Shown here piece by piece: positions 18,311 through 27,704 of a stretch of DNA of 64,000 nt. Where the stretch lies: assembly GCA_963798085.1 (NCBI GenBank), contig CAWCRS010000005.1:320001-384000 (forward strand), read 5' to 3'. The number at the start of each line of letters is the position of its first letter. Within the stretch, counting starts at the first letter, position 1. Below the pieces are notes generated by a model. The model searched no databases and had not been told where the DNA came from. It saw nothing but the letters and a program-made list of their open reading frames with translations. Position numbers and translations under genes: made by a program. Source of the DNA: an uncultured Gemmatimonadales bacterium. GTDB lineage: Bacteria; Gemmatimonadota; Gemmatimonadetes; Longimicrobiales; RSA9.

Positions 18311-20688
18311 GACAGCTCCGCGATGGTGACACCCGTGCCCCCTTCGCCCACACCACCCACGCGCTGCGACTTCACCCGCCGGTCATCGCGTAACAGCTGT
18401 GTTACCACTTCGCGCAGTGCGCCCGTCCCCTTGCCGTGGATGATGCGCAGGCTGGAGAGTCCCGCCTGAATGGCTGCGTCCAGCGCCGGCTGCAGGCGGT
18501 TGAGCACTTCGTCGGCGCGCAGACCGCGCAGGTCGACTTCACTGGAGGCATCGAAGTCCGGTCCCGACCAAGTGGTGCGCAGCGGCTCACGCTGCGAGGG
18601 TCGGGGCGCGCTCACGGCCGCCGCGGGCGCCAGTCCGCCAACGCCCACGTGCAGGCGCAGCCCGCCGGCTTCGACCACGGCCCGCTCTTCCCGCAGCTCG
18701 AGGATCGTGCCCTCCGCGCCCGTCGCCTCGATGCGCACGCGATCGCCCACCTGCAGCGGCTGTGCGGGCGCGCCGTTGTGGCTGGTGCTGCCGGCTTTCG
18801 TGCGTCGCGACTGTATGCGTGCGCGATCTTCGACGCGACGGCGGGCGGCGCGTTCCATGCGTTCGCGATCCGCCTGGTTCTCCGCCTGTGTCGCATTCTC
18901 GCGCAATTCACGGATCGCGGCCTCGACTTCCCCGCGCGCACTCAGCAGCATGTCCCTCGCCTGCTGCCGCGCGCGCCGCTCCGCCGTCTTCTCCTTCGCG
19001 CTCAGTGCATCTTCGCGCTCCTGTACCCGCCGCTGCAGCGCCAGGGCTTCACTTCTCGCCTGCTCCGCCTCCGCTAACGCCTCGCTAAGGCTGCGCTCCC
19101 TGGTTTCCACCTCGGCCAGGAGTGTGGCCAGCGTCTTCTCTTCGCGCGGCACGAACGACTCGGCGCGCTCCAGGGTCGTGGCCGGAAAGCCCAGGCGGCG
19201 CGCAATGGCCAGGCCGTAGCTGCGGCCGGGCACACCCTTGCGCAGCCGGTACGTCGGGCGCAGCTCGACCGCATCGAAGTCGAGCGATGCGTTCACTACA
19301 CCGCCTTCCTCCGCCGCAAGCAGCTTCAGCTCACCCAGGTGTGTGGTTGCCACGGTGAGCGCGCCGCGGCGCGTCAGCTCGATGAGGATGGCACGCGAGA
19401 GCGCGCCGCCTTCGGCGGGGTCGGTGCCGCTCCCCATTTCATTGATGAGCACGAGCGATGCGCTGCGTGCGCGTTCCAGGATCTCCCGCAGGTTGCGCAG
19501 ATGCGCCGAAAACGTGGAGAGACTGGCTTCGATCGACTGCTCATCGCCAATGTCGGCGAACGCATCATCGAACACCGGCAGTCGAGTGCTTTCGCCCACG
19601 GTGGGAATGATGCCCGCCTGGGCCAGTGCGCTGGACAGCCCGATTGCCTTGAGCAGAACGGTCTTGCCACCCGTGTTAGGACCGGACACGAGCAGGGTGC
19701 GCTCGCCCGGATCGAGCGCGAGATCGAAGGGGACGACAGCGCCGCCGGCCGCCAGCAGAATCGGATGGCGGCCGTTCACCACCTCGTACGCGCTCGTGCC
19801 GCGCGGCAGCAGCTGCGGCCGGTGGCCGTCGTAGCGCAGCGCGAAGCGGGCTCTGGCCCACAGCGAATCCAGCTCGACCAGCGCGCCCAGCGATGTCTCC
19901 AGTGCCTCGCGCTGCGGGCGCAGCGCGTCGCTCAGCTCGCGCAGGATGCGCTGCACTTCGCGCGCTTCCGCGATCTCCAGCTCACGCAGCTGGTTCATCA
20001 GCTCGATGGCAATGGGCGGTTCCACGAACAGCGTCTGGCCGGTTGCCGATTCGTCGTGCACGAGTCCGCCCACATTGCCGCGGCCCTCGCGGCGGATCGG
20101 AATCACGTAGCGACCCTCGCGCTGGGTGACTGATGCGTCGGCCACCTGCACGCGTGACGGCAGCGACGCCATGTACTGCTCGAGGCGCTGCACGACGCGG
20201 CCCCGCGAGCCCTTGATCTCGCGGCGCAGACGAGCCAGCTCGCGCGAAGCGTGATCGCGCACGTCACCGGCATCATCGATCGCGTGACGCACCTGCTCTT
20301 CGGCATCTTCCAGATCGCCGAGCCGTTCCGCGATCTGTGTGATCAGCGGCACGTCCGTGCGGCTGCGCAGCACGGCGCGTGTGTTGTGCGCCGCGGCCAT
20401 CAGCCGTGCGAGATCGCGCAGGGCGAGCGGCTCCAGCACCCCGCCCGGCGTGGCGAGGCGTCGCAGTGGCTGGCGACAGTCGGGAAGGTCAGGCATGCTC
20501 CAGTCGGCCGTGCGCTGCACGAGCACGCCCATCTGTTCGACGCGCTCCAGCTCTTCCGCAATCCAGCCGGATGCATCGGAAGGCTCCAGCGCGCGCACGG
20601 CCTCGGCCCCCATTGGACTGGAGGCAAAGCCAGCCACCAGCTGGAGTGCTTCCGGATACTGCAGAACTTCGAGTGCGTGACGATTCAT
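18307..20688 (-). CDS. mutS2: endonuclease MutS2
   Basis: SATGQTLFVEP, GPNTGGKT, LSTFSAH, GSGTDP, GVPGRSY, C-terminal Smr domain (DLRG..IIHGKGTGAL). Confidence 0.95.
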   Translation of the reverse strand: MNRHALEVLQYPEALQLVAGFASSPMGAEAVRALEPSDASGWIAEELERVEQMGVLVQRTADWSMPDLPDCRQPLRRLATPGGVLEPLALRDLARLMAAAHNTRAVLRSRTDVPLITQIAERLGDLEDAEEQVRHAIDDAGDVRDHASRELARLRREIKGSRGRVVQRLEQYMASLPSRVQVADASVTQREGRYVIPIRREGRGNVGGLVHDESATGQTLFVEPPIAIELMNQLRELEIAEAREVQRILRELSDALRPQREALETSLGALVELDSLWARARFALRYDGHRPQLLPRGTSAYEVVNGRHPILLAAGGAVVPFDLALDPGERTLLVSGPNTGGKTVLLKAIGLSSALAQAGIIPTVGESTRLPVFDDAFADIGDEQSIEASLSTFSAHLRNLREILERARSASLVLINEMGSGTDPAEGGALSRAILIELTRRGALTVATTHLGELKLLAAEEGGVVNASLDFDAVELRPTYRLRKGVPGRSYGLAIARRLGFPATTLERAESFVPREEKTLATLLAEVETRERSLSEALAEAEQARSEALALQRRVQEREDALSAKEKTAERRARQQARDMLLSARGEVEAAIRELRENATQAENQADRERMERAARRRVEDRARIQSRRTKAGSTSHNGAPAQPLQVGDRVRIEATGAEGTILELREERAVVEAGGLRLHVGVGGLAPAAAVSAPRPSQREPLRTTWSGPDFDASSEVDLRGLRADEVLNRLQPALDAAIQAGLSSLRIIHGKGTGALREVVTQLLRDDRRVKSQRVGGVGEGGTGVTIAELS

Positions 20689-20757
20689 GTCCCGTATCTG
20701 GCGAGCCTGTCCCTCATTTACCCCGCTGCCCCGGAAGCGCGCCCGCCGATTCCGGTA

Positions 20758-21195
20758 TCATCCGCCCAGTTCTTCCCGGGCAATGCGATTCGCCTCGCGC
20801 CCATCGAAGCTGCCCTTGATGCGCGGCATGATCGCACTCATCACCGCGCCAATGTTCGCGGCGCCGCCTGCAATCGCGTCGCGCACGAAGGTTCGCACCT
20901 GCGCTTCGTCCAGTTGCGCCGGCAGGTATCCGCTCAGGATGCGCGCTTCCGAGTCTTCCTTCTCCGCCAGGTCTTCGCGCTTGCCCGCTCGCATCTGTTC
21001 CGCCGCTTCCCTGCGGCGCTTGATTGCGCGGCCCACGACTTCGATCACTTCCGCATCAGCGGCCTCGTGACCCACCTCGATCTCACGGTTCCTGACTTCG
21101 GACAGCGTCATCGTGAACAGCTGTGTGCGCAGCTTGTCGCGTTCCTTGCGCGCCGCGTTGAGGTCGGCGCGCAGCCGCTCCTTGAGGGAACTCAT
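20758..21195 (-). CDS. GatB/YqeY domain protein
   Basis: LKERLRADL, KRRREAAEQ, YLPAQL, GAVM. Confidence 0.92.
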   Translation of the reverse strand: MSSLKERLRADLNAARKERDKLRTQLFTMTLSEVRNREIEVGHEAADAEVIEVVGRAIKRRREAAEQMRAGKREDLAEKEDSEARILSGYLPAQLDEAQVRTFVRDAIAGGAANIGAVMSAIMPRIKGSFDGREANRIAREELGG

Positions 21196-21202
21196 GCGCG
21201 GC

Positions 21203-21553
21203 TCATCCCGGCGGCCAGCGCATGGCGCGGCCGCCCAGCAGGTGCAGATGAATGTGATCCACGGATTGTCCGCCCTCGGTCCCCGTATTGAGCACCAGCC
21301 GGTAGCCGGAATCCGCGATACCCAGTTCGGCGGCCAGGCGCTGCGCCAGCAGAATCATGCGACCGGCGAGTCCCGCGTCCGCGGTAGTCAGATCATTCAC
21401 GGAAGCAATGTGCCGGCGAGGCATGATGAGGACGTGCGTGGGCGCGCGCGGATCAATGTCGTGTATGGCGATCATGTCTTCGGCTTCCGCCACCCTCTTC
21501 GCCGGCAGCTCGCCGGCCACGATGCGGCAGAAGATGCAGCTTGCTGTGCTCAC
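21203..21553 (-). CDS. histidine triad (HIT) nucleotide-binding protein
   Basis: CIFCRI, GQSVDHIHLHLLGGR..WPPG. Confidence 0.95.
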   Translation of the reverse strand: MSTASCIFCRIVAGELPAKRVAEAEDMIAIHDIDPRAPTHVLIMPRRHIASVNDLTTADAGLAGRMILLAQRLAAELGIADSGYRLVLNTGTEGGQSVDHIHLHLLGGRAMRWPPG

Positions 21554-21639
21554 CTGACACCTCCGCACTGGACCCCACCAGCTATCGCTGCGCCCCGCGG
21601 GACGCGGCAATGTAGCAGCCCGTAACGTCGAGGCACCAC

Positions 21640-22146
21640 ATGGACCCCGAGCTGGAACGTCGCATCATACAGCTGCTGCGCGACGCGCCCTCGCCCGCGC
21701 TGCCGCTGCGCCGGCTGCACTGCACACTGCTGGCCGAGCGCGTGACCGGTGTGGGCAGCTACGCCCGACTCATGGAGGACCTCGCGCAACGCGGCGATGT
21801 CTTCCTCCTGACGGAGCGCGAGCACCCGCTGGGTCATGACGGAGACTGGCCTGCTGGGGTGCGCTCCGAGTACGAGGCCGAGCTGGACGCGGCCGGCATC
21901 GAGACCGGACCGCAGGTCACGCTGGTGCGCCATGCCCCGCTCGCGGAGGGCGATGCGCTCGACGACACACTCTCGCTTCGGCCACAGGTCGCAAACGCCA
22001 GCGCCGTGCTGCAGCCACTCTATCGGTCGCTGCTCGACGTGTGGAAGGCGGCGCCGGAACAGACTGCACTGCGCGGGGCAGTGGCCAGCGCGCTCGCCGA
22101 GTGTGCGCTGTGGACGGAAGCTCTGGCTGCGGGATTGGACTACTGA
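21640..22146 (+). CDS. hypothetical protein (168 aa)
   Basis: Fills the gap between two minus-strand genes without overlap; GAGG RBS; protein-like composition. Confidence 0.7.
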   Translation: MDPELERRIIQLLRDAPSPALPLRRLHCTLLAERVTGVGSYARLMEDLAQRGDVFLLTEREHPLGHDGDWPAGVRSEYEAELDAAGIETGPQVTLVRHAPLAEGDALDDTLSLRPQVANASAVLQPLYRSLLDVWKAAPEQTALRGAVASALAECALWTEALAAGLDY

Positions 22147-22181
22147 TGGCAGGCGACGATGCCGCCTCACGTCCGTGTCGT

Positions 22182-23039
22182 TCAGCAGGCGAAGCGTGCA
22201 CTCCACCATTCGTCTTCGCGATCCTCGGCCATCAGCTCGAGCCCCGCTACACCGGCAGCCTCGATCATGGCGGGCGCCTCGCTCTGCAGGATGCCGCCCA
22301 GGATGAGATTGCCGCCCGGGCGCAGGCTGCTGCGGAAGGCAGCCAGCAGCGGGCGCAGCACACCGCTCAGCACGTTGGCCAGCACGATGTCCCACTGGCG
22401 TGCGCGCGTGCGCAGGAACGCAGCATCCACAACAGCGTGTTGCAGCGTGATGCTCGTTTCGCAGGCGTTGCCGGCCACGTTCTCGCGCGCATTGATGAGC
22501 GCGTCCGCATCGGACTCCACCGCCAGCACGCTGGTCGCGCCCAGGCGTGTGGCGGCAATGGCCAGCACCGCGGAGCCGGTGCCCACATCGAGCACGTCGC
22601 AACCTGACACGGGCACAGCCTCGAGCAGTCGCAGCACGCCGCGCGTCGATGCGTGTTCACCCGTGCCGAACGCCATCTGCGGATCAATGACGATCAGGAT
22701 GTCGTCCGGCGCGACGCTGGGCGCCGACCAGCTGGGTGACACAATCAGGTGTTTGCCCACGCGACGGGGTCCCAGACCCTCGCGCCAGCGTGCAGTCCAG
22801 TCCTGCCCGGGCTGCAATTCCCACTCGATCTCCAGCGGCCCGGACACCAGGCTGGCCAGACGTTCCCGCGCGGCCGCGACGGTTTCCTCGGGATCCTGCG
22901 CGGGCAGCCAGGTGTGCAGCCATTCGCCGTCTTCCTGGACCGCCTGCCCGCCACAAGCAATCAGCCCTTCGGCGAGCCATGCGTTCTGCTCTGCCGAAGG
23001 GCTGCGTACGCGGAGCACGAGCCAGGCGTTGTCCGCCAT
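22182..23039 (-). CDS. prmA: ribosomal protein L11 methyltransferase
   Basis: IDPQMAFGTGEHASTR, LDVGTGSAVLAI; follows dnaJ. Confidence 0.94.
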   Translation of the reverse strand: MADNAWLVLRVRSPSAEQNAWLAEGLIACGGQAVQEDGEWLHTWLPAQDPEETVAAARERLASLVSGPLEIEWELQPGQDWTARWREGLGPRRVGKHLIVSPSWSAPSVAPDDILIVIDPQMAFGTGEHASTRGVLRLLEAVPVSGCDVLDVGTGSAVLAIAATRLGATSVLAVESDADALINARENVAGNACETSITLQHAVVDAAFLRTRARQWDIVLANVLSGVLRPLLAAFRSSLRPGGNLILGGILQSEAPAMIEAAGVAGLELMAEDREDEWWSARFAC

Positions 23040-23041
23040 GC

Positions 23042-24187
23042 TCAACTGCCGCCGAAGGCTTCCTTGATCTTGGCCCAGATGCCGCGGTCCGCGTGTTGTG
23101 CGTCGCGCGGCGCGGGCGTCTCGAGATCCGCCAGCTCGCGCAGCGCGCGCTCCTGCTCCGGACTCAGATGGGTGGGCGTCCACACATTGACGCGCACAAT
23201 CAGATCACCGCGCGATCCTCCGCGCAGCTGGGGCAGTCCCTTGCCGCGCATGCGCAGCAGATGGCCGGATTGCGTGCCCGGCGCAACACGCAGTTTGGCG
23301 TTGCCTGTCACCAGCGGCACTTCGATCTCCGCACCCAGCGCGGCCTGGGTGAACGTGATCGGAAGCTCGTAGAGCAGATCGGCGCCATCGCGGGCGAAGC
23401 GTTCGTCCTCTTCGACCTCGATCACTGCGATCACATCACCACGCGCGCCGCCGTGCTGGCCGGCGTTGCCGTGGCCGCGCAGCGTGATGTAGTCACCGGT
23501 GCTGACGCCCGGCGGAATCTCGACTTCGACTTTCTTCTCGGAGGCTTCGACACCCCGGCCATTGCACTTCTTGCACGGGGTCGTGATGCGCTGCCCCTCG
23601 CCGTGACACGCCGGACACGGCGTCACGCTCACGAGCTGTCCCAGGATCGAGCGCTGTACGCGCCGCACTTCGCCGGCGCCGCCGCACGTGCTGCAGCGTT
23701 CCGGTGAGGAACCGGGCGCGGCGCCGCTGCCGCCGCATTCCGCGCAGTGATCCTGCGCGCGGATCTTCACGGTCTTGCGCACGCCGGTGACGACTTCCTC
23801 CAGCGTCAACGGCAGTCGCACGCGCAGGTCCGAGCCGCGGCCGCGGCCCGCGCGCTGGCGCGAGCCGCCGCCAAAGAGATCCTCGACGCCGAAGCCGCCG
23901 AAATCGCGCATGAAAATGGACAATGCGTCGGCGAAGTTGAAGCCGGCGCCGTAATCACCCGCGCCGCTCTTCACGCCGGCGTGGCCGAAGCGGTCATACG
24001 CCGAGCGCTTGTCCGCGTCGCGCAGCACTTCGTATGCTTCCGTCGCTTCCTTGAACAGCTCTTCCGCATCGCGCGAGCCGTTGTTGCGATCCGGATGGTA
24101 CTGCAGTGCCAGCTTGCGGTAGGCCTTCTTGATGACTTCGCCGTCCGCATCCCGCTGGACGCCCAGAATCTCGTAGTAGTCCCTCAT
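23042..24187 (-). CDS. dnaJ: chaperone DnaJ
   Basis: J-domain HPD, G/F region, four CxxCxGxG repeats. Confidence 0.97.
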   Translation of the reverse strand: MRDYYEILGVQRDADGEVIKKAYRKLALQYHPDRNNGSRDAEELFKEATEAYEVLRDADKRSAYDRFGHAGVKSGAGDYGAGFNFADALSIFMRDFGGFGVEDLFGGGSRQRAGRGRGSDLRVRLPLTLEEVVTGVRKTVKIRAQDHCAECGGSGAAPGSSPERCSTCGGAGEVRRVQRSILGQLVSVTPCPACHGEGQRITTPCKKCNGRGVEASEKKVEVEIPPGVSTGDYITLRGHGNAGQHGGARGDVIAVIEVEEDERFARDGADLLYELPITFTQAALGAEIEVPLVTGNAKLRVAPGTQSGHLLRMRGKGLPQLRGGSRGDLIVRVNVWTPTHLSPEQERALRELADLETPAPRDAQHADRGIWAKIKEAFGGS

Positions 24188-24206
24188 CCGTGTTCCGTGT
24201 CAGGCA

Positions 24207-25274
24207 TCAGGACCGGTTGCCCGGCAGCGATGCCAGCTCACCCATGAGCAGGCTCGTGTATTCCACAATGGCCGCGACTTTTTCGTACGGCATCCGTGTC
24301 GGCCCCATGACACCCAGTACTCCCGAGAGCGTTCCCAGTCGGTACTCCGAGGTCACCAGCGTGAACGGATTGAGTCGCGGATGCGAATGTTCCGAACCGA
24401 TTGTTATCGTGGGACCATCCTCGCGCGGTCTCGCATCCAGCACCGAGCGCAGGAGGTCACGCTGTTCCGTCAGCTCGATCAGGCTGCGCAGCCGCGGGCC
24501 CTCCGCAAACTCCGGCTGATTGGCCAGCGCACTGGTCGGCCCCAGCACCAGCTCGCCCTCGCCCAGCTGGGGCGCGCGCAGCATCTCGTCCGCCGACTGC
24601 ATGAAGATGTTGATCAGCTCCTGTGCCTGGCCGTCCGCGCTCGCATCACGCAGCCGGTCCGGCAGCGTGGCCCGCACATCCGCGAGCGAGAGTCCCGCCA
24701 GCCGTTCGTTCAGGATGCGGGTGACCGATGTCAACGTCTCGCGCGGCGCCATCACCGGAACGTCGACGTACACCGTACGGATCGCGCCATGCTTCAGAGT
24801 CAGCACCAGCAGCAGCGTCTCGCTGGAGATGGTCACCAGCTCGATCTTCTCGAGCACCACTTCATTGAGGCGAGGCGAGATGGCGAGACCCAGCTCGCCG
24901 GTGATCAGTCCGAGCACCCGCAGCGAGCGCTGCAGCAGACGCTCGAGCGGACCCGCGCCTTCGCCGTCATCGCTCAACTCACGCCGCAGCCGGCGCTGCT
25001 CCGCGATGCTGAGGCGCACCGGTCCCATCAGCGCATCCACGAAGTACCGGTAGGCCAGATCGGTGGGAATGCGGCCGGCCGACGTGTGCGGATGGAACAG
25101 GAATCCCTTGTCTTCCAGATCCGACATCGCGTTGCGCACGGTCGCCGCAGATACGTTCAGCCCGAAGCGGCGCGCCACTGTGCGGCTGCCCGCCGGCTCG
25201 GCGGTCTCCACGTACGTGCGGATGACCGCCTCCAGGATCTGTTGCTCCCGTTCTGTCAGCGCTGAGTGGGGCAT
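24207..25274 (-). CDS. hrcA: heat-inducible transcription repressor HrcA
   Basis: EPAGSR, SAATVRNAMSDLE, PHTSAGRIPT, GPTRMPY. Confidence 0.96.
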   Translation of the reverse strand: MPHSALTEREQQILEAVIRTYVETAEPAGSRTVARRFGLNVSAATVRNAMSDLEDKGFLFHPHTSAGRIPTDLAYRYFVDALMGPVRLSIAEQRRLRRELSDDGEGAGPLERLLQRSLRVLGLITGELGLAISPRLNEVVLEKIELVTISSETLLLVLTLKHGAIRTVYVDVPVMAPRETLTSVTRILNERLAGLSLADVRATLPDRLRDASADGQAQELINIFMQSADEMLRAPQLGEGELVLGPTSALANQPEFAEGPRLRSLIELTEQRDLLRSVLDARPREDGPTITIGSEHSHPRLNPFTLVTSEYRLGTLSGVLGVMGPTRMPYEKVAAIVEYTSLLMGELASLPGNRS

Positions 25275-25296
25275 GCCCTGCTTGTCCCGATTCGTG

Positions 25297-26448
25297 TTAC
25301 TCAAATGTCTCGGTTGCTCCCACCGACTTCAAGGCGCGCGCGTCGAACTCCACCGACAGTCGGTCCAGCAGCAGCCAGCCCCGTGCAGTGAGTCGGACGT
25401 GATCGTCGTCGCCCTCGGCCCAGCCGCGCTCCCGCCACACCCGCGCCAGTGCTCGCTGCGCCGGCGTGCGGGTCGCGGAACCGGTGGCCGTGCGCAGGCC
25501 CAGCCAGCTCTGTTCCAGCAACGACGTTTCGGCATCCACCGCTTCGTCGCCATCGGTTGCATCCCCCGTGGCCATGATGCGGCCGCGGTACTTCGCCCAG
25601 TCGCGCACGTTCCAGGATCGCCTGGGTGGCAGGTAGGAGTGTGAGCCAGGGCCCAACCCCAGATATGCAGCGCCCGTCCAGTACGCGCTGTTGTGGCGCG
25701 ACTCGAGGCCGCGGCGAGCGAAGTTCGAGACTTCGTAGTGGTCGTAGCCGGCCGCCGTCAGCGTGCTGGCTGCCTGGAGATACTCGGTCGCGTAGGCGTC
25801 CTCATCGGCCAGCACTTCGCGGCCTTCCCTGACCCACCGACTCAGGGGTGCACCCGGTTCCGCCGTCAGGCCATACAGCGAAAGGTGCTCGGGTTCGAGC
25901 GCGACCGCCCGTTCCAGATCGCTCGGCCAATCCCGCTCCAGCCGCGCGGGCAATCCGAAAATCAGGTCGATGCTGACGTTGTCGAAACCCGCCTCACGGG
26001 CCGCCCGCATCGCCTTGCGCGGCCCGTCCGGTCCGTGCAGCCGACCCATCCATCGCAGCGCATCGGCGTGGAACGTCTGCGCACCCAGGCTCAGCCGGTT
26101 CACGCCGGCCGCGCGCCAGTCGCGCGCCAGGGCCGCGTCGAAGGATTCCGGATTTGCCTCCACCGTCCATTCGACGCCGTCGTCCCAGTGCGCGAAGCGT
26201 CGCAGCCGTTTGGCCAGGCCGGCCATTACGCCCCGCCCCAGCAGGGAGGGTGTACCGCCGCCCACATAGATCGTGCGCAGGTCGAGGGTGTTCCAACCCT
26301 GCCCGCGCATGGTGGCGGCCAGCTCGGCTTCCATCGCGTCCAGCCACGCCTCGGCCCGCGGCGACGAGTCCACCGTCACCGCGAAATCGCAATAGCTGCA
26401 TCGCCGCACGCAGAATGGCGAGTGGAGGTACAGGTAAGAGGGCTGCAC
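25297..26448 (-). CDS. hemW: radical SAM heme chaperone HemW
   Basis: YLHSPFCVRRCSYCDF, YVGGGTPS, YEVSNF, HNSAYW. Confidence 0.93.
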   Translation of the reverse strand: MQPSYLYLHSPFCVRRCSYCDFAVTVDSSPRAEAWLDAMEAELAATMRGQGWNTLDLRTIYVGGGTPSLLGRGVMAGLAKRLRRFAHWDDGVEWTVEANPESFDAALARDWRAAGVNRLSLGAQTFHADALRWMGRLHGPDGPRKAMRAAREAGFDNVSIDLIFGLPARLERDWPSDLERAVALEPEHLSLYGLTAEPGAPLSRWVREGREVLADEDAYATEYLQAASTLTAAGYDHYEVSNFARRGLESRHNSAYWTGAAYLGLGPGSHSYLPPRRSWNVRDWAKYRGRIMATGDATDGDEAVDAETSLLEQSWLGLRTATGSATRTPAQRALARVWRERGWAEGDDDHVRLTARGWLLLDRLSVEFDARALKSVGATETFE

Positions 26449-26498
26449 GACTGTGCTACCCCCGCGTCCGGCAAGGGGTTGCGTAGCTCTATATCGGG

Positions 26499-27704
26499 TC
26501 AGCGGCGCACCGGCCGGCTGAACCGCATTCCTGCCGCCTGCTGGGCGTAGCCGCGGATCTCCAACTCCAGCAGTGCAACCAGTGCTTCGGCAGTGGTCAA
26601 ACCTGTGGCCGCCGCCAGTTGATCGACATGTGCCGGCTCATCGTTCATGGCCGTCCACACTGCGCGCGCCGGACCTGCTGCCGCGGGTGCGGCAGCAATC
26701 GCGGGCAGAGCTGGCGCCGTGTCACCCATGGCAGGCTCGCCGCCCGAGCGACCGGCCCGGACCGCCTGGCCAGGGGCCCTCGCCGTGCCCTGCGGACGCG
26801 CGACCACGGCCGCCGCCTCGTCGCGCGGCACGTCCGTGTGCAACAGCCGGGACTGCACGGCCGCGAGCAGCTCGGCGGGGTCCGTCAGGATTGCTGCACC
26901 GTCCCGGATGAGGGCATTGGTGCCCAGACTCGTCCGGCGGCCGATGGGTCCTGGCACAGCGAACACATCGCGGCCCAGGTCGGTGGCGTGCTCGGCCGTG
27001 ATCAATGCGCCACTGCGTTCCGGCGCCTCCACCACCACTACTGCGCAGGACAGTGCCGCAATGATGCGGTTCCGCTGCGGGAAATGGTGCGGCAGCGCCG
27101 GCTCTCCCGGCAGGAACTCGCTGAGCAGCAGACCCTCCCGTGCGATGCGTTCCTGCAGGTTCGCGTGTGCCGGCGGATACACCACGTCGATGCCGGAGCC
27201 CACGACGGCGATCGTTGCGCCGCCCGCCGCCAGCGTTGTCTCGTGTGCCACACGGTCGATGCCGTGCGCCAGTCCGCTGATCACGGCCATGCCGGCGCCA
27301 GCCAGGGCCTCTGCGAACAGCCGTGTCACATCGGCGCCGTACTCCGTGTGGGCGCGTGTTCCCACCAGCGCGACGGCCGGCCGCTCCAGCATTGCTCGGT
27401 GACCGCGCGCCAGCAGCAGTGGCGGTGGATCGTGCAGCTCGAGCAGTGCGGCCGGGTATCCCGCCTGACCGTACCCCAGCGGTTCCACATCACCGGCGGC
27501 TTCAATGGAAACCAGCGCATGCTCAATGCGGTCGCGCACGTGTTTCTGCTCGAGGTGCGCAGCGGATTCCGGCCGCTCCTGCATCAGCCCGCGCACGGCG
27601 CGCGTGGGCGAATGGTGCCGGTCGAGCAGCGCGCGCAGCCGGACATCGCCAATGCCGGGCGCTGCCTTGAGCATGAGCAGCGCGCGCAGCGTCTCACGAT
27701 CCAT
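26499..27704 (-). CDS. dprA: DNA-processing protein DprA
   Basis: VGTR, SGLAHGID, FPQRNRII, SGALITA, VFAVPG; C-terminal winged helix. Confidence 0.94.
   Translation of the reverse strand: MDRETLRALLMLKAAPGIGDVRLRALLDRHHSPTRAVRGLMQERPESAAHLEQKHVRDRIEHALVSIEAAGDVEPLGYGQAGYPAALLELHDPPPLLLARGHRAMLERPAVALVGTRAHTEYGADVTRLFAEALAGAGMAVISGLAHGIDRVAHETTLAAGGATIAVVGSGIDVVYPPAHANLQERIAREGLLLSEFLPGEPALPHHFPQRNRIIAALSCAVVVVEAPERSGALITAEHATDLGRDVFAVPGPIGRRTSLGTNALIRDGAAILTDPAELLAAVQSRLLHTDVPRDEAAAVVARPQGTARAPGQAVRAGRSGGEPAMGDTAPALPAIAAAPAAAGPARAVWTAMNDEPAHVDQLAAATGLTTAEALVALLELEIRGYAQQAAGMRFSRPVRR

Noticed and set aside
26449..26498. CIRCE operator upstream of hemW-hrcA
   Set aside because: No match to TTAGCACTC-N9-GAGTGCTAA visible
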